64,000 bases of DNA from Candidatus Thalassarchaeum sp. GTDB lineage: Archaea > Thermoplasmatota > Poseidoniia > Poseidoniales > Thalassarchaeaceae. Position 1 is the first letter of the stretch. Each line of letters begins with the position of its first letter. The position numbers and the translations under genes were made by a program. The stretch covers positions 44,413 through 108,412 of the forward strand of contig JAKUOA010000006.1 in the NCBI GenBank assembly GCA_022451235.1, in the 5' to 3' direction. The notes below the pieces were generated by a model. The model saw nothing but the letters and a program-made list of their open reading frames with translations. It did no database searches and was not told the DNA's origin. Positions 10,110 through 17,331 of the stretch are shown here, piece after piece.

Positions 10110-13100
10110 ATGCACTTACTGAGAATAGAAGTGGAGAACTTCAAGTCCTTTGGCGGTGAGATTACCATACCCTTCGATGAAGGGTTTACTGCGATAACCG
10201 GCCCTAATGGGTCAGGGAAGTCAAATTCTGGTGATGCCATACAATTCGTACTCGGCACTCGTTCGACAAAAGTCATGCGAGCAGACAATGTTGGCGACTT
10301 AATATTCAACGGTGGAAAGCGCGGTAAGCCTGCCCGTCACATGTCGGTGACTCTAGTTTTTGCAAACAAGCCCGAATTAGGCGGGCGACGAAGGTTACGT
10401 ATCGATGAGGATGAAGCATCATTCACAAGGTCTGTCCGCCTGAACAGAAAGAATCAACCGATTTCATCTTACAAAATTGGGGAACGCAGTGTCACTGCAA
10501 CCGAGATGAGAAGAACTCTTGCAGAAGCCGGATTACACGGCGACGGATACAACATAGTTCTGCAGGGGGACGTAACAAATCTTGCAACCATGACTGATTG
10601 GAAGAGAAGAGGAGTTCTAGAAGAGGTAGCTGGAGTTACTGCTTATGATTCAGAAATCCGCTCAGCAAATAATCAACGTAAAGTGGTTGAGAATGATATT
10701 GAGACTATCGAATTGTTTGAGTCGGACCAGAAGACTCGTTTGAAGAAGTTGGAAAAGGAGAGAGAACAGGCTCTCAAGTATCGCGACCTTAAGGAGCAAT
10801 TAGATCAAGCTAGAATCATATTGGCTCAGGCCAAGTATCGTAACCGAGTCGAAGAGATTCGTATGCTCAATGAAGACCATGGAAAGTATCAGGAAAAGAG
10901 CAACAAGGTCCGTGAAAGTGTCAGAAGTAACGAATCTCGTCTTTTACAACTCGAAGAAGAATTGGTCAATGTCTCTCGTGAACTTGAGGATATGGCGACT
11001 GGAGAATCAAAGGCAGTCATGGATGAGATTCGGACTTTAGAAATCGAATTAGAGACCAGCCGTGATAGAATTGGCGACCAAAACCGAGCCTCTGAAGACG
11101 CGACAGATGAAATCGAGTTTTTCCAAGCCGACCTAGAATCAGCCGAGGCAGCCATTCAACAACTCGTAGACGAAATCGAGGCGGCCAAACAATCCGTCAC
11201 GGATGCCGACAACGCCCTGGATGAGGCGGAACAAAATGAGTCGGAGGCTCGAAAAGCCATTGAATCCGGAGACAAGCATTCCCGTGATTTGAATCGAGCC
11301 TTAGGATTAGCAAATGAGGAACTATCCGAGGTACATGACAAGATGGCTGAAGCCAGACTAGAATCTGATAGAGCCGAGCAAGCGGCAAGAATTGCATCGG
11401 ACAATCTAGCGGATTTGGAGGAACAATACGAGGTCGTATCACTTGAGAGAGACGACCTCGAGCTAACCGGCGAGGGTCTACAAGAAGAAAAGCCGGTAGA
11501 GGATAGAGAATCATTGGCTGTTAAACTAACACAATTACAGAAACAGGAGGTCGCACTTCGCGGCGATCGCGATAGTGCGGAGGAACAATTGAGAAATGCA
11601 AATCGGTCACTTGACCGCGCTCGTGCCGCACAGGAGGCTAGAGCCTCGAAACCAGGTTCCGCAGTAACTCTACGCGCATTATCAAAACTTAGACAGAGCG
11701 GGGAAATCCGGGGAATTCTCGGATCGCTTGGAGAATTGACTTCACCAAAGGATGACTCACACGAAGAGGCATTAGCATTCGCACTTGGTGGCGGTATTAA
11801 CTCAATCGTTGTCAGCGATGATGAGGTTGCTGCAAGTTGTATCAAGTGGCTTGGTGCAAATGGTGGTGGAAGAGCAACATTCCTGCCTCTCAACAAGATT
11901 AGTGCCTCTCGTGCTCAAGGCCGTGCGCTAATGGTTGCTAGAAACCCCGGAATTATTGGATTTGCGCATGACCTATTGGATTACGATGAGGAAATTGAAA
12001 CTGCTGTGCGCTTCGCCTGTAGAAATACATTGATTGTTCAGTCGATGGACGTTGCACGCCGCAATATGGGCGGAGTTAGAATGGTGACTCTTGATGGTTC
12101 AATAGTCGAAGCGACTGGCGCTATGACAGGTGGTTCTTCAGCAAAGGGAACACGTCCTTCATTCGGTGGTGCTGGTGCAGCTGGCGCCGGAATGGAGAAT
12201 CTAGAATCAGCAGTTAACAGAGCCAACTTGAGGTATTCAACAGTGGAAGCTGCACTGAAAGAAATCCGTGACAACATGAATAATCTTCGAAACCAAATTC
12301 ATGGACTCGATGATAGCGATCACTCTGTAAAAGTTAGGAATTGGAAGGCTGATGTTAAGATCGCTCAGAAGCAAGTGGATGATATCTCAAAGAAGGTAGT
12401 CGATGCTCGCAAAGAATATGAGAGATTGGAATCCGCGAGCCAAAACGCTACTGCTGCGGCTGTTGAATCAGAAAAAGAACACACAGCCGCTGTCGATGCT
12501 CGTCGATTAGCCGCGGAGGCATTACAGAATCATACACCTGATCATCTCTCGCAAATTCTTCGAAGCGCTCAGGACACACGAACCGAGGCTGAGCGCACTA
12601 AACTTAGAGCTGAATCTGACATTGTAACCGGTGGCGAGAAACTCAAGGTTCTCGAAGACAGAAAGAAAGATCTCGCCAGGTCTGTTGAGAGACAAAACGA
12701 AATCATTACAGAAGCCACAAAGACGATTGAGAAACTTCAGAATTCAATTCAAAAGGCAGAAGAAAGTCTCAAAGAACTCAAATTACAAGCTTCACAATTC
12801 AATGAAGAGCATCAGATTCTCAGCCAGCGTAAGGACGAGATAGTCGACGAGCGTGCAAGTCTTCGAGCTCATGTAGAACAGATGCAGACTCAGCGTGAAA
12901 CAATCAAAGCGAGATTGGAAGGTCTCGTGGAGAGCATCAGGAACAAGGAAGAGACCTTGGTCGAATTACAGAGTGATTTAGCCGAGAATCAAATCGAACT
13001 TCCTGATTTAGAAATTCAATTGCCAACAGTGGCCGAGGCGGAGAAGGGGGTGCAGGGCCTAGATCGCCGCCTCGGCCAACTCGGCGACGTCAATATGCTA

Positions 13101-14039
13101 GCGATAGAAGACTACGACATAACTGTAGAGAGAATCGCCGGACTCGTCGCCGACGGAAAACTCTGCAAGGAGAGGCATGCAATGTTGGTTAGTCTTGCAG
13201 AACAACTCGAAGACGAGAGAAAGACAAGACTTCTCGCCGTCTTCAATGAAGTCAACCAGAACTTCACTCGTGCCTACAAGTTGCTACAGCCTGGTGGAGA
13301 GGGTGAATTGCAACTTGAGAACACCAAGAATCCATTTGAGGGTGGACTCAGGATGGCTTGTATTCCTCCTGGTAAGAGTAAGAGAACTCGTCGAAGTTTC
13401 CTCTCCGGGGGAGAAAAGTCGATGGCGGCCCTGGCTTTCGTTTTCGCGATCCAAGATTACGAACCTAGCCCATTCTACTACTTTGACGAGGTTGACCAGA
13501 ACCTTGATCCATTCAACGCTGAGCGAATCGCTACTCTCTGTAGAATTCGTAGTACCCACGCTCAATTCATCATGGTGACTCTAAGAAAGGTCAGCCTTAC
13601 ACTTGCTGACCACCACATTGGAATTACCCATGCGGGAGATGGCCGCAGTCGTCGAATTACCGACTTCGACAGAGCAGCTGCAATCGAACTTGGAGAAGAA
13701 TTCGAGGCCGAGCAAGAGGCACTGAAAGAAGCACAAAGTGCCAAGGAAGGAATGGGCGACTTGCCAAGCGCTGAGACCATGCCAAAGGTGCCTGAACCAA
13801 TGGATCGTCCATTGAGCCTAGGCGGCCTTGCCGATAGGGCTGGCGTTGAAGTGTCCGATGATGCTGAAGAAGAGGACTTAGACCCAAGTGAATCAACCAT
13901 GTCTTCACTGAAGGAAAGAACTGACGAATGGAGTGAAGATATCGCAGAGAAGGAAGCAGCCATTCCTCAACAGGAAGAGGAAGAAGAGCAGGTTGACAGC
14001 GAAGCAGCAATCGAGCAGGAGTTGGAGAGAGAAGAATGA
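10110..14039 (+). CDS. smc: Chromosome segregation protein SMC (condensin), with an unusual acidic C-terminal extension of about 150 aa
   Basis: It has the Walker A motif FTAITGPNGSGKSNSGDAIQFVLG. Long coiled coils flank a central hinge. The C-terminal head carries LSGGEKSMAALAFVFA (signature) and YYFDEVD (Walker B). ScpA and ScpB follow directly. Confidence 0.95.
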   Translation: MHLLRIEVENFKSFGGEITIPFDEGFTAITGPNGSGKSNSGDAIQFVLGTRSTKVMRADNVGDLIFNGGKRGKPARHMSVTLVFANKPELGGRRRLRIDEDEASFTRSVRLNRKNQPISSYKIGERSVTATEMRRTLAEAGLHGDGYNIVLQGDVTNLATMTDWKRRGVLEEVAGVTAYDSEIRSANNQRKVVENDIETIELFESDQKTRLKKLEKEREQALKYRDLKEQLDQARIILAQAKYRNRVEEIRMLNEDHGKYQEKSNKVRESVRSNESRLLQLEEELVNVSRELEDMATGESKAVMDEIRTLEIELETSRDRIGDQNRASEDATDEIEFFQADLESAEAAIQQLVDEIEAAKQSVTDADNALDEAEQNESEARKAIESGDKHSRDLNRALGLANEELSEVHDKMAEARLESDRAEQAARIASDNLADLEEQYEVVSLERDDLELTGEGLQEEKPVEDRESLAVKLTQLQKQEVALRGDRDSAEEQLRNANRSLDRARAAQEARASKPGSAVTLRALSKLRQSGEIRGILGSLGELTSPKDDSHEEALAFALGGGINSIVVSDDEVAASCIKWLGANGGGRATFLPLNKISASRAQGRALMVARNPGIIGFAHDLLDYDEEIETAVRFACRNTLIVQSMDVARRNMGGVRMVTLDGSIVEATGAMTGGSSAKGTRPSFGGAGAAGAGMENLESAVNRANLRYSTVEAALKEIRDNMNNLRNQIHGLDDSDHSVKVRNWKADVKIAQKQVDDISKKVVDARKEYERLESASQNATAAAVESEKEHTAAVDARRLAAEALQNHTPDHLSQILRSAQDTRTEAERTKLRAESDIVTGGEKLKVLEDRKKDLARSVERQNEIITEATKTIEKLQNSIQKAEESLKELKLQASQFNEEHQILSQRKDEIVDERASLRAHVEQMQTQRETIKARLEGLVESIRNKEETLVELQSDLAENQIELPDLEIQLPTVAEAEKGVQGLDRRLGQLGDVNMLAIEDYDITVERIAGLVADGKLCKERHAMLVSLAEQLEDERKTRLLAVFNEVNQNFTRAYKLLQPGGEGELQLENTKNPFEGGLRMACIPPGKSKRTRRSFLSGGEKSMAALAFVFAIQDYEPSPFYYFDEVDQNLDPFNAERIATLCRIRSTHAQFIMVTLRKVSLTLADHHIGITHAGDGRSRRITDFDRAAAIELGEEFEAEQEALKEAQSAKEGMGDLPSAETMPKVPEPMDRPLSLGGLADRAGVEVSDDAEEEDLDPSESTMSSLKERTDEWSEDIAEKEAAIPQQEEEEEQVDSEAAIEQELEREE

Positions 14040-15043
14040 CAGTCTTCGATGCCACTGCAATGAGGGACGATATCGTCGAAAGGCTATTGCAAGGCGAGGA
14101 AGACCTTGAAACCAGCCGTTATCTAGACCGATTGGTAGAGCTAGCTAGTTTAGAAGAAGCGGAACATCAATTCCTAATCGAACCATTTGATCGCTCGGTA
14201 GCATTGGTATTCCAATTATTCAGATCAAAGGACTTAGATCCCTGGGACGTCGATCTTACAAGCTTCCTAGAGATGTTTGAGGCGCGAATCAAAACTACTG
14301 ACAATATCGATTTACCAACCTGTGGTCGACTTATCCGAATGGCTTGGCAGATTCTAAGAGGTCAATCATCCACACTTATCGAGAGACAAGACCGAGCATG
14401 GGATGAACACGAGGAAGAATTCCTTGACTTTGATGTAAGTGGCTGGGAAACAGAATTCACTGAGGATGATTACAACTTCTCTGTAGGAGTTATGACAGGG
14501 GCGGCGGACAATGTACTCCCCTCGATGTTCGAAGGTAGAATTCATCGAGAGGAAAGCCGTCCTGTAACTCTCGGAGAATTACTAATGGGATTACAGAGCG
14601 CTAAACAAATCTCTGAGGATTTGAAACTCAGAGAACAAATCGCCAAAGAGAGGAGAGAAGCTCATGCAAAGGCAAGGGCTAGATTTTCCGGGAGTCTTCA
14701 CATCGAGGATTTGGAAGGAGATCTTCGACGAACATGGAATGCCCTTAGAGACCGGTCTGATGAAGGCGATATGGCGGTCGACCTGAAGGACATTACAACC
14801 TACCTTAGGGACAAATCACTGGAAGGTGGGTTGGAGTTCGATGAAGCGGAGGCCGAAGCACAGGTTACTGCCTTGGTCTCAGCACTATTCCTGACTCACA
14901 GAGGTTATGCAGACTTAACTCAGAAATCAGGCCGTGATGGATTGATTTCCATCAAGGATTTACACCCCGATTACAATGATTTTGATGTGCTAACAGAGAA
15001 AATTAACCCAAAGCCAGAGATGGAGGTGGAAGTAGATGTCTGA
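14036..15043 (+). CDS. scpA: Segregation and condensation protein A (kleisin)
   Basis: It overlaps the smc stop (ATGA). The N-terminal pattern FLIEPFDRSVALVFQLFRSKDLDPWDVDLTSF matches ScpA. ScpB follows. Confidence 0.8.
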   Translation: MTVFDATAMRDDIVERLLQGEEDLETSRYLDRLVELASLEEAEHQFLIEPFDRSVALVFQLFRSKDLDPWDVDLTSFLEMFEARIKTTDNIDLPTCGRLIRMAWQILRGQSSTLIERQDRAWDEHEEEFLDFDVSGWETEFTEDDYNFSVGVMTGAADNVLPSMFEGRIHREESRPVTLGELLMGLQSAKQISEDLKLREQIAKERREAHAKARARFSGSLHIEDLEGDLRRTWNALRDRSDEGDMAVDLKDITTYLRDKSLEGGLEFDEAEAEAQVTALVSALFLTHRGYADLTQKSGRDGLISIKDLHPDYNDFDVLTEKINPKPEMEVEVDV

Positions 15044-15668
15044 TTCTGTCGAATTATCCACTATTCTTGAAGCTATTTTGTTCAGTGCCGGTCGCTCCAT
15101 GACGGTTGAAGAATTGATGGAGCAAACTGGTAAAACTCGTACAGAGGTTTCCGGCGCTTTGGAGAACTTACGTGCTACAATCAAGCGCCGTAGAGACTCT
15201 GCTTTGCAATTAACCGAAGTTGCGGGCCGATGGATTTTCGAAGTTAGACCCACACTTTCCTCTCATCTACCAGAGTCGGTTAGACCGGATGTTCCAGCTA
15301 GATTGCTACCTGCGGCCGCACTAATCGCTTACCATCAGCCTATGAAGCAAGCGCAACTGGTCGATATGATTGGACCTAAGGCCTATGATAGGGTCAGGGA
15401 ATTAGCCGGATTAGGATTCATCGATAGACGCAGGGATGGGTTGACTCGTCGATTAACAACAACTCGAAGATTTGCAGAATACTTCGGTTGCCCCGATGTC
15501 GAATATCAAAAGGTACGCCAATGGTTCAGGGCAGAAGCCGGAAAGGCTGGACTTACCAGTGCACAGTTGGCTGCATCACTTTCTGATGAACAGATGACTA
15601 TCGAAGAGTTCTCTGAAGCACCATCCGAAGAGGCGCTAGCGATGGAAGCGGCTCAAGGCGACGAGTGA
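15036..15668 (+). CDS. scpB: Segregation and condensation protein B
   Basis: It has the motif LSTILEAILFSAGRSMTVEEL, characteristic of ScpB. It is 210 aa and has tandem winged-helix character. Confidence 0.85.
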   Translation: MSDSVELSTILEAILFSAGRSMTVEELMEQTGKTRTEVSGALENLRATIKRRRDSALQLTEVAGRWIFEVRPTLSSHLPESVRPDVPARLLPAAALIAYHQPMKQAQLVDMIGPKAYDRVRELAGLGFIDRRRDGLTRRLTTTRRFAEYFGCPDVEYQKVRQWFRAEAGKAGLTSAQLAASLSDEQMTIEEFSEAPSEEALAMEAAQGDE

Positions 15669-16964
15669 TTACTCGCCACGAACCTGTTGCAATGCAGACT
15701 CAACCGCTGCCATGGTGATTCTTTCGCCACTTTCCCGAACAATCGCCGCCACAGGCTCGATTTCATTTGGAGAGGCGCCAGCACTGGCAATCATGTTGCG
15801 TAAGTGCAGTTTCATGTGACCCGCCTGTATACCAACTGTTGCAAGAGCCCGAAGAGCACCGAGATTCTGTGCGAGACCTGCAGCAGCCATTACTTTCGCT
15901 AGATCATCTGCGGAGTTAATGCCCAGGAGTGCTACATTTGCTTGGGCTCCTGGGTGGATTGTAATCGCCCCTCCGACTAATCCTACAGCCATTGGTATCT
16001 CAATGGAACCAACTAGGTTCCCATCTGTGTCCTTTTCCCAATGAGTCATTGAACCATATCGTCGCTCATGCGATGCATAGGAGTGGGCACCAGATTCTAC
16101 AGCCCTCCAGTCTTGTCCGCAGGCAATTGCAATGGGCGATATTGCATTCATTATTCCCTTGTTATGGGTAGTTGCACGGAATGGGTCTGCTGCCGCGAAA
16201 TGGTAGGCTTGTAAGACACCATCAATCACTTCTGTACCTCTAGATGAATCGTCACCAGTATCGGACATCTCTTCTGGAGTGAAGGTAGCGCTGACTCTGG
16301 CCAACCTATGGACTGCTAGATTGCTAATTATTCGAAGAATGACAGTTCCTCCAGAGATATTTTCTACTCTTGGAGCAATTGTTTCGGCCATTGTATTGAC
16401 TGCATTTGCTCCCATTGCATCTCGACAATCTACCAGAATGTGAACGATTATCATTGGACCTGAATCTGTTTCGATTATTCTGGCTTCAACATCTCTGCAT
16501 CCTCCACCAAATTTCACTAATATTGGATCGACCTCATTACAGGATTCTACCAATTCTTCTTTAGCAGCAAGAATAGCATCCCGAGATGCCTCTGGGTCTT
16601 CACACCCTACTACCTGAATCTGTCCAATCATGACTGGGTCTGTATTGTTTGAGACAAAGCCACCATTCTTCTGACATCTCTTGGCCATGTTTGAAGCGGC
16701 TGCAACAACACTAGCCTCTTCAACCACAAATGGAATTACATAGTGTTCGCCATCGATAATGAAGTTAGTCGCAACACCGATGGGTAGTGAGTATCTGCCA
16801 ATTACATTCTCAATCATTCTGTCAGCTGTACCCTCGTCCAACTCAGCATCTGCCCAAGCCTGGACTTGTTCATCACTGAGGCCAGCAAGTTCTGCGAGCA
16901 TGGCTCTTCGTTCTGGAATTGATAGTTTGTAGAATCCACTCAATCGGCTGTTGTCAACAGGCAT
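15669..16964 (-). CDS. hmgA: HMG-CoA reductase, class II (bacterial-type)
   Basis: A 431-aa protein. Its N-terminus, LSGFYKLSIPERRAMLAELAGLSDEQ, and overall length match the class II enzymes (Pseudomonas mevalonii type). Its stop abuts the scpB stop. Confidence 0.9.
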   Translation of the reverse strand: MPVDNSRLSGFYKLSIPERRAMLAELAGLSDEQVQAWADAELDEGTADRMIENVIGRYSLPIGVATNFIIDGEHYVIPFVVEEASVVAAASNMAKRCQKNGGFVSNNTDPVMIGQIQVVGCEDPEASRDAILAAKEELVESCNEVDPILVKFGGGCRDVEARIIETDSGPMIIVHILVDCRDAMGANAVNTMAETIAPRVENISGGTVILRIISNLAVHRLARVSATFTPEEMSDTGDDSSRGTEVIDGVLQAYHFAAADPFRATTHNKGIMNAISPIAIACGQDWRAVESGAHSYASHERRYGSMTHWEKDTDGNLVGSIEIPMAVGLVGGAITIHPGAQANVALLGINSADDLAKVMAAAGLAQNLGALRALATVGIQAGHMKLHLRNMIASAGASPNEIEPVAAIVRESGERITMAAVESALQQVRGE

Positions 16965-17331
16965 TGTTTCACCAAACCGTGCGACAACCTTCCGGTTCTA
17001 AGCACTTCGTGGTGACTAATCCCAAATTGCCTATTTTAGACTCAGATGAGGCCCAAGCCAAGAATGCTGATAATCGCCTTCTAATCGGGGCAAAATCAAA
17101 CCGAATAGGTTCATTTCTAGTCTCAATAAAGCGTTAATTTAGCCATTAACGCATTGTTAACGTATTTAGAAAGCGTTAGTAAAGCGTTAATATTTATCGC
17201 TACTATTCAAATTACTGCAAGCCTACTAAACTTTTTATCTATCTGAAAAAACCCAATAATACGTTAATTTCGCATCATTGATGCGTGAGAATACGTGAAT
17301 ATTATGTACCCCTAGGCTCACGTGTGCGATA
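16965..17331. promoter_or_regulatory. AT-rich divergent intergenic region dense in GCGTTAAT / ATTAACGC repeats and other short palindromes. Candidate origin-like or operator cluster.
   Basis: GCGTTAAT-ttagcc-ATTAACGC is a perfect inverted repeat at 17131-17152. Tandem AAAGCGTTA(G/A) repeats lie at 17170-17191. TTAACG is at 17157. ACGTTAAT is at 17260. CGCATCAtTGATGCG is a palindrome at 17270-17284. There is a CGTGA direct repeat and a CACGTG. A TATA-like aatattat lies at 17298-17305. Confidence 0.6.

Noticed and set aside
11156-11896. 246-aa Ser/Ala-rich ORF on the minus strand inside smc
   Set aside because: It is entirely antisense to the smc coiled-coil region. Its low-complexity composition mirrors the Glu/Leu/Ala codons read backwards. 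It has no independent start context.
10110-15668. SMC/kleisin set as a Wadjet/Lamassu-type defence system
   Set aside because: The SMC is full-length (about 1300 aa) with hinge and canonical head motifs. It is followed by ScpA and ScpB in the standard condensin arrangement. It has no JetD/Toprim or effector nuclease partner.
16919-17137. 72-aa ORF spanning the hmgA start into the repeat region
   Set aside because: It overlaps the hmgA N-terminus on the opposite strand. It has no SD and runs through the regulatory repeats, so it is more plausibly non-coding.
17125-17300. Possible CRISPR array from the GCGTTAAT repeats
   Set aside because: The repeats are only 8-11 nt, in mixed orientation, with irregular 6-60 nt spacing. 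There are no cas genes and no regular spacers.
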